From assembly GCA_014728225.1 (NCBI GenBank), contig WJLX01000079.1, positions 1 to 60,904 on the forward strand: 60,904 nt of DNA. Direction: 5' to 3'. Made by a program: the position numbers and the translations under genes. Below the pieces are notes generated by a model, which was not told where the DNA came from, did no database searches, and was given only the letters and a program-made list of their open reading frames with translations. Shown piece by piece: positions 19,714-28,536 of this stretch; the first letter of the stretch is position 1, and each line of letters opens with the position of its first letter. This DNA comes from Candidatus Coatesbacteria bacterium. Its GTDB lineage: Bacteria > RBG-13-66-14.

Positions 19714-19747
19714 CCGTTGAGGGTACAATTCATTGTACCCTCAACGG
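19714..19747. repeat. REP-like perfect palindrome upstream of selA
   Basis: ccgttgagggtacaat-tc-attgtaccctcaacgg, 16-bp arms. Confidence 0.7.
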
Positions 19748-19885
19748 TACCCTGGGGCCAAGGCTCAGGCAAAAACCGCTGGAAAACCAATCCGGAACAG
19801 CTTTCACAGCGGGTTCTTCACCCAGACCGGCATATCCGCAACCCGCTGTAAGCCCGCGACATACCCGTTTCGGGCTACGCCCCCC

Positions 19886-19915
19886 TTGACAAGGAGCCCA
19901 AGTTTCTGCTAACCT
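19886..19915 (+). promoter_or_regulatory. Sigma70-type promoter candidate
   Basis: TTGACA-18-TAACCT with TG extension, upstream of the acidic lipoprotein. Confidence 0.5.
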
Positions 19916-20020
19916 ACACCTTCCGTTGCAACCGTACTCCGGTGGAAATCCTTCACCGGACTGTAACCACACCAACGATGAACTGGGGTGACTACGGTCA
20001 CCTCGCATAGGGGGTGTACG

Positions 20021-20335
20021 ATGAAGAAACTACTCACTCTCACCTTGATCGGCATTTTCGCGCTGGTCGCGCTGAGCTTCACCGCCTGCGAGAGCGAAGA
20101 GGAAGAGGCCGCTGAGGAGGCCGCTGCCGCGCTCGAGGAAATGGGCGAGGAGATGGAAGCCGCCGCCGAAGAAGCCGCCGCCGAAGCCGAGGAAATGGCC
20201 GCCGACGCTGCTGAAGCCGCTGAGGAAGCCGTCTCCGAAGCCGAGGAAGCCGCTGATGAGGCCGCCGCTGAAACCGAGGCCGCCGCTGAAGAGGCCGAAG
20301 GTGAGGCTGAGCAGACCGAAGAGTCCGCTCAGTAA
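20021..20335 (+). CDS. Small Ala/Glu-rich low-complexity lipoprotein
   Basis: MKKLLTLTLIGIFALVALSFTAC lipobox followed by EEAA repeats. Confidence 0.8.
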   Translation: MKKLLTLTLIGIFALVALSFTACESEEEEAAEEAAAALEEMGEEMEAAAEEAAAEAEEMAADAAEAAEEAVSEAEEAADEAAAETEAAAEEAEGEAEQTEESAQ

Positions 20336-20353
20336 CCAATCTTCACCAATCCT

Positions 20354-20563
20354 GAAGGGGCCTGGATTCAGGCCCCTTCTTTTTACGGCGCACGTCGGTT
20401 TTATCCCGGGGCGCAGCAATCACCCATGTACGCGTAGAAGGGGCCTGGATTCGGGCCACTTCTCTTTTTTATCGCCGGATCAGTTTATCGCCGGATCAGT
20501 CTTTTCCCTGGGCTCAGTTATCACCCACGTTCACGCAGAAGGGCCTGGATTCGGGCCCCTTCT
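20354..20563 (+). repeat. Three tandem copies of a terminator-like hairpin
   Basis: (a)gaaggggcctggattc(a/g)ggcc(c/a)cttc at 20354, 20436 and 20537, each followed by a T-rich tract. Confidence 0.85.
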
Positions 20564-20868
20564 CGTTTACGCCTTTTCGAGAAAGCAGCGAGGGCTTCCC
20601 GCTACCTGAGGAAGCTCGCGAGGTAAGGCGTTCAGCTCCCCAACAATTGCGTTACCCGACCAATCAGCCGAGCTGCCTGCCGCCTCTTTAAGCCAAGTGA
20701 GTACCGTTTCGTCACCCCGGGCTAACCGGTTTGAGCAGCCGCCCCTACTCCGGTCGCCGTCACGGTTCTTGCATTCCGGGTTCGACCCGCCGCTGCGGGC
20801 CGAACCCGGGCAAGAACTCGCGCCGGCGCCCGCGCTCTACACGACTGGGGTACACCGAGTCGTGAGAA

Positions 20869-21141
20869 TCAGTAGTCGACGGTGAAATCGCGGTAGCGCT
20901 TGGTCGGCGGGGTCCACTGGACGTCGACCTTGTCGACGGCAGCGGTCGCCGGGCCACGCTTGAGCAGGCGTAGTAGTTGTTGGAGTTCATCGCGGCCGCC
21001 CTCGACGACGACGCGGACACTGCCGTCGGGCAGGTTGGCCACGGTGCCGGTCAGGCCGAGGCTCCGGGCGTGGCGCAGGACGAAGTAGCGGAAGCCGACG
21101 CCCTGGACGCGGCCGTGGATGCGGGCGGTCAGGGCGCTCAT
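20869..21141 (-). CDS. acyP: Acylphosphatase
   Basis: IHGRVQGVGFR and GTVANLPDGSV signature; ATG overlaps the upstream stop. Confidence 0.95.
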   Translation of the reverse strand: MSALTARIHGRVQGVGFRYFVLRHARSLGLTGTVANLPDGSVRVVVEGGRDELQQLLRLLKRGPATAAVDKVDVQWTPPTKRYRDFTVDY

Positions 21142-21674
21142 GCTTTCTCCTCCCGGCGTTCCCGGGCCAGGGCGAGGGCCCGCTCGACGGCGGCGTCGGG
21201 GGATTCGGCGATTTCTAGCGTGCCGCGGTAGGAGCCCCGACCGCCGCGGCGCGCCCCAGCCTCCGGGTTCCAACTGCCCAGGCTGACCACGGGGCGGTCG
21301 ATGTTGAGAGCCAGGGCGATCTCGGAGAGGGTGCCGTAGGAGCCGTCGATGGCGATGACGGCTTCACCGGCGGCGACGACGAGGATGTTGCGCGCCAGGC
21401 GCATCCCTGTGGGCAGGGCGAGGGTCAGCTCGGCGTTGCCCTCGTCGTGGTCGTAGCCGCGCAGGATGCCGATGGTCGTACCGCCGACGGCGCGGGCGCC
21501 GCGGCAGGCGGCGGCCATCACCCCGCCGTAGCCGCCGCAGACGAGGACCGCGCCGGCGGCGGCCAGACGACGGCCGACCTCTTCGGCGATGTCCGCCGTA
21601 GCGGCGTCGCAGCTCGAACCACCGATGACGCTGATCTGCAGGGCACGCTCCACGATCGTCTCCGCGACGCTCAC
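21138..21674 (-). CDS. TIGR00725-family Rossmann-fold (LOG/DprA-like) protein
   Basis: ISVIGGS, LVCGGYGGVMAAACRGA, GTTIGIL, RNILVV, IDGSYGTLSEIALAL. Confidence 0.88.
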   Translation of the reverse strand: MSVAETIVERALQISVIGGSSCDAATADIAEEVGRRLAAAGAVLVCGGYGGVMAAACRGARAVGGTTIGILRGYDHDEGNAELTLALPTGMRLARNILVVAAGEAVIAIDGSYGTLSEIALALNIDRPVVSLGSWNPEAGARRGGRGSYRGTLEIAESPDAAVERALALARERREEKA

Positions 21675-21683
21675 TCGGTTGGT

Positions 21684-21731
21684 ATTCTAAAACCCAACCC
21701 CGAGCGGGGTCAATGCGGTCCGTGCTATAAT
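21684..21731. promoter_or_regulatory. Divergent sigma70-type promoters
   Basis: Minus strand TTGACC-18-TAGAAT; plus strand TG-C-TATAAT. Confidence 0.65.
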
Positions 21732-21758
21732 CATTACGTCACCGTCACTGAATTGAGT

Positions 21759-23474
21759 ATGCTGCAACGAATCACCTTTCTCGTCCTGGTGTTCGTCACC
21801 GCCCTCATCGGCGGCGGCGCCGCCGATGATCTGGCGGATTTGCTCGAACGGCTGGCTGCGGCCGAGGGGCCGGCGGAGCTGGGTCCGTTGATCGAGGAGT
21901 TGAACGCCCTGGGCGATCCCCGGGCGGCCGGTCCCCTGGCCCGGCGTTATCTGGTCGCCGATGACTCGATCAACGAGCTGCGCGACGCCGTCTACGGGTT
22001 GGGCTGCGCCGCCGCCCTGCCCGCCGTCGTCGAGGGTTGGCGGGAGCTGGACGAACTGGGAATCAACCGTTTGGTCGACCTGGCCTATCGGGCCGACGAT
22101 CCGACGGCCCACGCCCTGCTGAAGGAGGTCCTGGCGGAGGGTGACGAGCGCGAGCGCGCCCTGGCGGCCGGCCTGCTGGGGCGTCTGCGCTGCGGTCCAG
22201 CCGCGGAGGCCCTGGCCGCCGCCCTGGATGATCCGTCCGAGCGGGTGCGTCTGGCCGCCGCTGGAGCCCTGGGGAGTCTCGGCCGCCGCGCCGCGGAGCT
22301 GCTGGAGCTCTGCGAGGACGCCAGGTCGACTTCGGCGCGTCGCCGGTACCTGCTGTCCGCCCTGCGCTGCGGCGATCCGGCCCACGCCGAGCTGTTCCGC
22401 CGGACCCTGCGCGAGGCCGAGGGTGAAGAGCTGATCGAGCTGCTGGACATCCTGGAACTGCACCGTCCCGCCGGCTGGGAGGAGGCGCTGCTGGAGGCCC
22501 TGCTCGCCGATCCCGCCGCGGGTGCCGGACTGTTGAGCAAAGTCGCCGCCGTCGACGAAGCGGCGGCGGCCCGGCTGAGCCGGAACCTGATCGCCGCGAC
22601 CGACGATCCCCGGGCCGTCGAATATGCCCTGCGGGTTCTCGCGCGCCAGGAAGTCCCCCTGGAGGAAGACCTGCTGCTGCCGCTGCTGGACGACGGGGCT
22701 CGGCATTATCGAATCGCCCTGGAGCTGGTGGGCCTGCTGCCGCCGGAGCGCGCCGTCGAGCTGCTGCGCCTCGAGCTGCCCCTGGACGAGCCGGAGCGGC
22801 TGGCGGAATGGCAGCTCGAGCCGCTGACCCACGTGGAGGGCGGCGCCTTCGACGAGGTACTTATCCGGGCCGCCGCCGGGGGTTTTGAAACCGCTACGCG
22901 GGCTCTCCACGGGAGACCGGACGGCCTGGAAACCCTGCTGGAGCTCGCCGGCGACCCGTCGCGCAGCACGAACCGGCTCGATTATCAGCTCATCGAAGCC
23001 TGTTGGGCCCTGCGCGGAGAGCCCGCCGCGGCGCAGACGCTGCGCTCGATCTTTACCGACGAGAATGTGCACTGGGAGATCGGCATGGCGGCGGCGGCGG
23101 CCCTGGCCTACGGCGGCGACGCCGAGGCCCTGGAGCTGCTGCGCAGTACAGCCTTACTGGGCGAGAACGCCTTCACCAGCCGGGCCCTCGATTACCTTGA
23201 AGATATCGAGCCCCGGGACTCGATCGACATCTTCGCCGCCTGTCTGGGCGGACGTTCGCTGATGAGCGGCACCGGTTATACGGCCCGGCGCATCCTGCGC
23301 GAGCTCGAGGAGACGCCGACGGGCGACATCGCCGACGCCTGCCTCAACGTACTTCGACTCTCGGAGAATCCGACGGCCCGGGAGGACGCCCTCTGGGTGC
23401 TGGAGCGCCGCGACGACCCTACGGCCCACCGGGCCCGCCGACGTTACTACGACCGCGACTGGAAAGATGACTAG
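21759..23474 (+). CDS. Exported HEAT/PBS-lyase-like repeat protein
   Basis: Signal peptide; repeats such as AAALDDPSERVRLAAAGALGSLG and EIGMAAAAALAYGGD. Confidence 0.75.
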   Translation: MLQRITFLVLVFVTALIGGGAADDLADLLERLAAAEGPAELGPLIEELNALGDPRAAGPLARRYLVADDSINELRDAVYGLGCAAALPAVVEGWRELDELGINRLVDLAYRADDPTAHALLKEVLAEGDERERALAAGLLGRLRCGPAAEALAAALDDPSERVRLAAAGALGSLGRRAAELLELCEDARSTSARRRYLLSALRCGDPAHAELFRRTLREAEGEELIELLDILELHRPAGWEEALLEALLADPAAGAGLLSKVAAVDEAAAARLSRNLIAATDDPRAVEYALRVLARQEVPLEEDLLLPLLDDGARHYRIALELVGLLPPERAVELLRLELPLDEPERLAEWQLEPLTHVEGGAFDEVLIRAAAGGFETATRALHGRPDGLETLLELAGDPSRSTNRLDYQLIEACWALRGEPAAAQTLRSIFTDENVHWEIGMAAAAALAYGGDAEALELLRSTALLGENAFTSRALDYLEDIEPRDSIDIFAACLGGRSLMSGTGYTARRILRELEETPTGDIADACLNVLRLSENPTAREDALWVLERRDDPTAHRARRRYYDRDWKDD

Positions 23475-24195
23475 AGCCGCCCGCTGCTACAACTGCAACT
23501 CCCCTCTGGGGGCTTCCGGCTCCGGCGTCGTCTGTGCCGAGTGCGGCTCGGTCTGCTTCGTGCGCGGAACAGCGGTCCTGCCCCACCTGATTTCACGCTT
23601 GTCGCCGCTGGATCCGGCCCAGCGTCTGTCGGAGCACCTGGGCGAGCTGGGGCTGAGCTGTCGTCTCGAAGCCGCCGAGGCGCTCTACCTGCCCTGCTAC
23701 CTCTTCGGCCGTCCCGGCGGCGAGGCAGTCTGGGAGCCGGCCTTCGACGATCTCGTCAGCCGTTTCATCCGCCGCTACCGGCCGCCGACGGGCAAGCTCG
23801 AGCCCTTCAGGGATCCCGGGGAAGAGCGGCTCCTCGTCGCCCCGACCGTGGGCCTCCGGCGCGCCGCCGCCCGATTGGTGCAGCGCGGCCTGTCCCGGGA
23901 GAGTTACCGCGCTGAAGCCCTCGTCCACCTGCCGGCCGACCGCTTGCGCTACCAGGTGGATCACCGCCGCTCGGCGGCGCTGGCCCTGGTCGACAGCATC
24001 TACACCGAGAACCCGCCCGCTTCACGCTCCGAGGCGCTCAACCGCCTGCGCTTGTACATCGGCGGCGGCACCGCCGCCGTCGTGCTGGCCACCACGGTGC
24101 TCCTCGGCGGTTGGGGCGGGGCCCTGCTGGCCCTGGGCGAAACCCTCGCCGGAACGGTCCTGCTGGCCGCCCAGAGTCGTCGCGACGGCTCCTAG
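23467..24195 (+). CDS. Hypothetical protein with N-terminal Zn ribbon and C-terminal TM helices
   Basis: CYNC...CAEC; hydrophobic C-terminal hairpin; overlaps the upstream stop. Confidence 0.7.
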   Translation: MTRAARCYNCNSPLGASGSGVVCAECGSVCFVRGTAVLPHLISRLSPLDPAQRLSEHLGELGLSCRLEAAEALYLPCYLFGRPGGEAVWEPAFDDLVSRFIRRYRPPTGKLEPFRDPGEERLLVAPTVGLRRAAARLVQRGLSRESYRAEALVHLPADRLRYQVDHRRSAALALVDSIYTENPPASRSEALNRLRLYIGGGTAAVVLATTVLLGGWGGALLALGETLAGTVLLAAQSRRDGS

Positions 24196-24397
24196 GCCGG
24201 GGTCAACTCGGTTTTGGCTTCGACCCCGAAGCAACCCCCTGTCCGACCATTGCTTGCCCTCTAACAATACCAATACCTGGACAGGTTCATTATACAAGGC
24301 AGCAACCCCGGCATCGCCTGGAAAGGTAGCATCGCGGCTTGTAGCATCGCGGCTGGTAGATGTTTAGGGGGGGGGTTCGACCGTGGAAAACATCTTG

Positions 24398-24426
24398 TTG
24401 AAATAGGTTCCCGGTCGTGATACAAT
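24398..24426 (+). promoter_or_regulatory. Sigma70-type promoter candidate
   Basis: TTGAAA-17-TACAAT with TG extension. Confidence 0.6.
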
Positions 24427-24536
24427 CCGTTCATCGTTCGTATCGTTTCAGGCCGCCTCCTGTTCATAGGGGATGGAGGACGGCTGACGGACGAGCCAAC
24501 TGGCAGTCTATACCACCCTACAACCAAGGAGCTGTC

Positions 24537-25103
24537 ATGAAGAAACTTTTGCTGATCACCCTGGTGCTCGCTCTGTTGGCGCCGGCCATGGCCAAGAACA
24601 TGGCCGAGGGCAAGTTCTCCGCTGGCGTCGGTTTCGGTAACGGCGTCTCGATGCTCTGCCCCGGTAACGCCTGGGCGGCCGGCATCAACCTGCAGTACAC
24701 CCTGCCCGGCATCGCCTTCCAGGGCTACTTCGACTATCATCTGGCCCTGCAGCCCGAGGCCGACGACCTGGGTGACGCCACCGAGTCCATCATGGACTTC
24801 GGCCTGGATATCCTGGGCGTCGTCGGTGACGGCCCCTTCGTCGGCTACACCGGCGTGGGCTTCTTCTACATGATGTCGAGTCTGGATATGGGTATCGAAG
24901 GTGTCGATGCCGTTGACATGAGCACCCTGGGTCTGAACTGGTCCGCCGGTGTCGATTACTTCCTCACCGACATGATCGCCCTGGGCTTCGAAGTCAACGC
25001 CCCGATCTCCCTCTCCTCCGACGACGGCGGCGAAGATGACTACAACGGCGCCGCCAACGCCGCCGGGCTGTTCTACAAGAGCACCGTCAAGTTCTTCTTC
25101 TAG
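24537..25103 (+). CDS. Small outer-membrane beta-barrel protein
   Basis: Signal peptide (APAMA), alternating amphipathic strands (PFVGYTGVGF, LGLNWSAGVDYFL), C-terminal aromatic KFFF; AAGGAG SD. Confidence 0.82.
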   Translation: MKKLLLITLVLALLAPAMAKNMAEGKFSAGVGFGNGVSMLCPGNAWAAGINLQYTLPGIAFQGYFDYHLALQPEADDLGDATESIMDFGLDILGVVGDGPFVGYTGVGFFYMMSSLDMGIEGVDAVDMSTLGLNWSAGVDYFLTDMIALGFEVNAPISLSSDDGGEDDYNGAANAAGLFYKSTVKFFF

Positions 25104-25124
25104 ATCCGACATCTTCGATTGTAC

Positions 25125-25152
25125 ACGGGGTCCCGAGAGGGACCCCGTTTTT
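25125..25152 (+). terminator. Intrinsic terminator
   Basis: acggggtccc-gaga-gggaccccgt followed by T tract. Confidence 0.8.
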
Positions 25153-25522
25153 ATCGGCGGCGAGAAGTGGCGCTAACTCTGTCTTCCACCAGCCGGACCC
25201 TTCCTGCGACTACGGCGATAGGCCCTGCGATTGCCTCGGACGGGGGTTCAGCACTTTACCGGTGTGGTTACAGCCTCTCTACAGGGGACGGCCCTCGGCT
25301 CTGTCCGGCGGGCCTTAACCGATCTCCCAGGTCAAACACATCCCAGGATGAAACAAGCTCGTGGATCAAGCTCGATCCGATGAGACAGAAGCTGAACCCG
25401 GCCTGAATTGCCTGAGACTCGGCTGACGGCGGCAACGAAACACAGAGGCAGCGCTCTCACACGCTCGCCTCAGCGTCCGCCATAAGCAAAACCGCTCCCA
25501 CAGCCGGAAAACAGGAGGGTAA
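25150..25522 (-). pseudogene. Possible decayed lipoprotein gene
   Basis: MVVLTLLFSGC lipobox-like start, then a frame change and several in-frame stops. No family recognised. Confidence 0.25.
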
Positions 25523-25645
25523 GGACTACCATTACAATACGACAGCCAGTGACTGCTCTCCAACGGCGGTACAGTACCCACTCACCGACCAGCGGTAAAC
25601 TGTTTAGTGGGTACGCACGGAAGCTACGGGGACGACAAACGGCTT

Positions 25646-25686
25646 GCAAGGCTCGGTTCGCAAGGCTCGGTTCGCAAGGCTCGGTT
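25646..25686 (+). repeat. 14-bp tandem repeat x3
   Basis: gcaaggctcggttc repeated three times. Confidence 0.9.
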
Positions 25687-25811
25687 GAAGATTGGACCGC
25701 AAAGGGCAAGGGGGCCTGCAGGTCCCCCTCTCGCATTCCCCGACCAGCATCAGCCGGGCGGCCGGCGCTTTGTCGGCGATGACCTTGTCAACCCGGCCGC
25801 CGCCGCATCCC

Positions 25812-25875
25812 GTAGGGCGGGGGCCCTACTCCGCCCTACCATGGAAAAGGGGCGACTGAACTCAGTCGCCCCTAC
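25812..25875. repeat. GTAG-type REP doublet (REPIN-like)
   Basis: GTAGGGCGG...CCGCCCTAC followed by an inverted AGGGGCGACTGA-AC-TCAGTCGCCCCTAC; GTAG tetranucleotides at both outer ends. Confidence 0.7.
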
Positions 25876-25900
25876 GGCGAGGCAGCCGAAATCGGCGGTC

Positions 25901-26599
25901 CTAGTAATGGCCCTTGGGCGGCCAGCGCGTGTCAAGCCAGTCCCGCTGTTTCCAGTAGACGTAGTCGCCCTTGAACAGCTTGCGGTTGCGTGTGATCAAA
26001 TCGCGCAGGAAGCGGTGCCGGGCGGCGTGGAGACCCAGCTTGGGGTAGCGACGGTCCTCGCGCACGGCGTCGACGAGCTCCCTGCCCAGGCGGGCGGCCC
26101 GGGCGTAGAGGGCCGCGCCGTCGTTGGGCCGGCTGTAGACCATGTAGACCCCGGCCAGCTCGCCGACGAGGTCGTAGCCCATCATTTCGCAGCAGGTGCC
26201 CAGGTAGCGCGCCACCTCCTGCTCGCCCATCCCGGCGCTGGTGGCCACGGCGACGGCGTGGCGGCCGGTCAGCTCGGGACGGTGCAGCAGCGACATCGAA
26301 CGATCCAGGAAGGCCTTGAGCTGGGCGGTCACACCGAAGACGTAAACCGGTCCGGCCAGCACCAGGGCATCGGCGTCGCGCAGCTCCTCGTGCAGCCGGG
26401 AGACGTCGTCGTCGAAGGGACAGGGCTCGCCGGCCAGGCAGTGGGCCGTGCCCTTGCAGGGGTTGATCTCCAGTTGGGCCGGATAGCGTTCGACGACCTC
26501 GCCGCCCGCCTCCCGCCAGGGCCGTAACAGCTCGCCCGTCAGCCTGGCCGTGTTACCCTCGGCGCCGTAGGGCGAGCCGTTGATTAACAGCAGTTTCAT
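25901..26599 (-). CDS. Flavodoxin-family / iron-sulfur-flavoprotein-like NAD(P)H-dependent FMN reductase
   Basis: LLINGSP..GNT, CKGTAHC.....C.FDDD, ADALVLAGPVYVFGVTAQLKAFLDR; GGAGG SD. Confidence 0.88.
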   Translation of the reverse strand: MKLLLINGSPYGAEGNTARLTGELLRPWREAGGEVVERYPAQLEINPCKGTAHCLAGEPCPFDDDVSRLHEELRDADALVLAGPVYVFGVTAQLKAFLDRSMSLLHRPELTGRHAVAVATSAGMGEQEVARYLGTCCEMMGYDLVGELAGVYMVYSRPNDGAALYARAARLGRELVDAVREDRRYPKLGLHAARHRFLRDLITRNRKLFKGDYVYWKQRDWLDTRWPPKGHY

Positions 26600-26717
26600 C
26601 AGAACCTCCAAACCTCCAACGGGTTCGGACAATGCGGATCATCAACCGCCAACCGGCGTCGGATATCTCATCCAACGCCGGTTCGGGAACATCAAATCGC
26701 CAGAGGGAGGAGGGACA

Positions 26718-27893
26718 CTAGGAACCGCTCTGGGGTCTGAAGACGGGCAGGCGCCTGCGCAAACCTGCAATAGCTTCGGCGAAGCGGCGCCGGAAGACCG
26801 CCACCTGGTACTCGAAAAGCAGAGAACCGAATAGCTCTTTGACGGAGATTATCTCATCGGCCAAATAGGCATTGGCCCCGGCGAAGGTGAAACCGTGCTG
26901 CAGATTGCCGCGCCGGGCCTGCTCGAGAGCCCCGGCGATACAGTAGTGCGCCTGACGCTGGTCGCAGGTCTTCATGCACTTCCAGGAGCAGTTGCGCGGC
27001 TCCTTTTCGCCACGCTCGGCGGCCCGCAGGAAGTCGTTGTTGACCGCCCGGCCCGGCAGCCCCAGGGGGCTGTCGATGATGACGATGTCTTCCTGTTTGG
27101 CGTTCAGGTAGGCCTGCTTGAATTCCGCGGCGGCATCGCACTCGTGGGTGGTCACGAAGCGGGTGGCCATCTGGACCCCGGCGGCACCCAGCTCGAGAAA
27201 ATGTTCGACGTCGCCGCCGGTGTAAACGCCGCCGGCGGCGATCACCGGGATTGATCGACCGAGGCGTTCGCTGTGTTGGGCGACTACCTCCAGCACGTCG
27301 CCGACGAGGTGTTCGAGGGCGAAGGCCGGGTCTTTGAGCTGTTTTCGGCTGAAGCCCAGGTGACCGCCGGCCAGGGGGCCCTCGACGACAAAGGCGTCGG
27401 GGGAGCGGCCGTAGCGCTTCTCCCAGCTCCGCAGGATCAGCTCGACCGCCCGGCCCGAAGAAACGATGGGGATCAGTTTGGTGTGTAGCTTCGCCGCGCC
27501 GGCGTCGGCGACGATCGGCGGTAGCTTCAGCGGCAGCCCGGCACCCAGGAAGATGCACTCGACGCCCCGCTCGACGGAAAGCTGGAAGTAGTCATCGTAA
27601 TCGGTCAGGGCCACCAGGATGTTGACCCCGATGGCGCCTTTAGTCTGGCGGCGGCTCCGGGCGATTTCGCGACGCAGAAACTCGAGGCGGGAGACCAAGC
27701 TGTCGCGGGGTTCACCGTCGAGATCGGCGCCCTTGAGTATGGCCGCCGAAATGACGCCGACTCCACCCTCGTCGGCCACGGCCGAGGCGAGGGAGGATAA
27801 GGACACCCCGACCCCCATCCCACCCTGGATGATGGGCAGGGGGACGTCCATGTCTCCAATGGTCAGCTTGGGCAGATGGGGTAATCGTAGCAT
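26718..27893 (-). CDS. Nitronate monooxygenase / FabK-like flavin oxidoreductase
   Basis: PIIQGGMGVGVS, VVEGPLAGGHLG, VIAAGG, GAAGVQMATRF, FAGAN motifs. Confidence 0.9.
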   Translation of the reverse strand: MLRLPHLPKLTIGDMDVPLPIIQGGMGVGVSLSSLASAVADEGGVGVISAAILKGADLDGEPRDSLVSRLEFLRREIARSRRQTKGAIGVNILVALTDYDDYFQLSVERGVECIFLGAGLPLKLPPIVADAGAAKLHTKLIPIVSSGRAVELILRSWEKRYGRSPDAFVVEGPLAGGHLGFSRKQLKDPAFALEHLVGDVLEVVAQHSERLGRSIPVIAAGGVYTGGDVEHFLELGAAGVQMATRFVTTHECDAAAEFKQAYLNAKQEDIVIIDSPLGLPGRAVNNDFLRAAERGEKEPRNCSWKCMKTCDQRQAHYCIAGALEQARRGNLQHGFTFAGANAYLADEIISVKELFGSLLFEYQVAVFRRRFAEAIAGLRRRLPVFRPQSGS

Positions 27894-28536
27894 TAACGGT
27901 CCTTGGGGCGGAAGGCGGGGTTTGTTCGGGCAAAACATAAATGTAGTATGGATTTATTCCCGTCAACCAACCTGCGGGACACCCAACTTGACGAGCCTCC
28001 TTTTTTCCGCTTCCTTTCTCTACTACATTATACGTTATTGCGGGCAAAAAAAATCCCCATTTTTCAATTATTTACGAAATTTCTCCGCCATCCGGGCCAA
28101 GCCTGTCTGCACACCCCCCCCCTGACAATCCGCAGGGCTTCCTGAAACAGACAAGAGTGTTGCACAACCGTCTATACTCTTGCTGGTTTTCCTGCTGCAG
28201 CGGTATCCCGGTCGCCACAAGCCCTGTCAGCCTGGAGTCACCACGGCCGGTAGGCATTGATAATTCGTCATCCCAATGACGGCCGCGCATTGATCGATGG
28301 TTGCCGGCCCACACCGGTGGTTTATCCACAGCCTCGGGCGCTTCATCGAGGAGAAGGCCCACCGTTTCGACCAAGCAAGCGCCATCCCCTTGGCAGCCTG
28401 GCAGTATCCTATCAAGGTCCATGTCGATCCACCGGGGTGTTCCCGAGGCGCCAAACGGAAGAAAAAGCGGAAAAAGACCACACGCCGGCGCGAGTGGTCT
28501 TTCCGATACCACGAACACGGTTTCCAGCGTCCCGTA

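Noticed and set aside
20354-20563. Triple hairpin as a CRISPR array
   Set aside because: Only three imperfect units, spacers of unequal length (about 56 and 73 nt) that share sequence, T-tracts typical of terminators, and no cas genes.
20600-20868. Hairpin-rich region near selA as tRNA-Sec or SRP RNA
   Set aside because: No cloverleaf with a UCA anticodon loop and T-arm, and no SRP GGAA-loop motif.
24365-24385. G-run plus GGTTCGAC as a tmRNA or tRNA start
   Set aside because: Too short and no supporting structure; it lies just upstream of a promoter.
27900-28536. AT-rich intergenic region with one TTATCCACA (28322-28330) as oriC
   Set aside because: Only one perfect DnaA box, no cluster and no dnaA/dnaN nearby; ORFs 28072-28518 and 28227-28556 are not convincing either.
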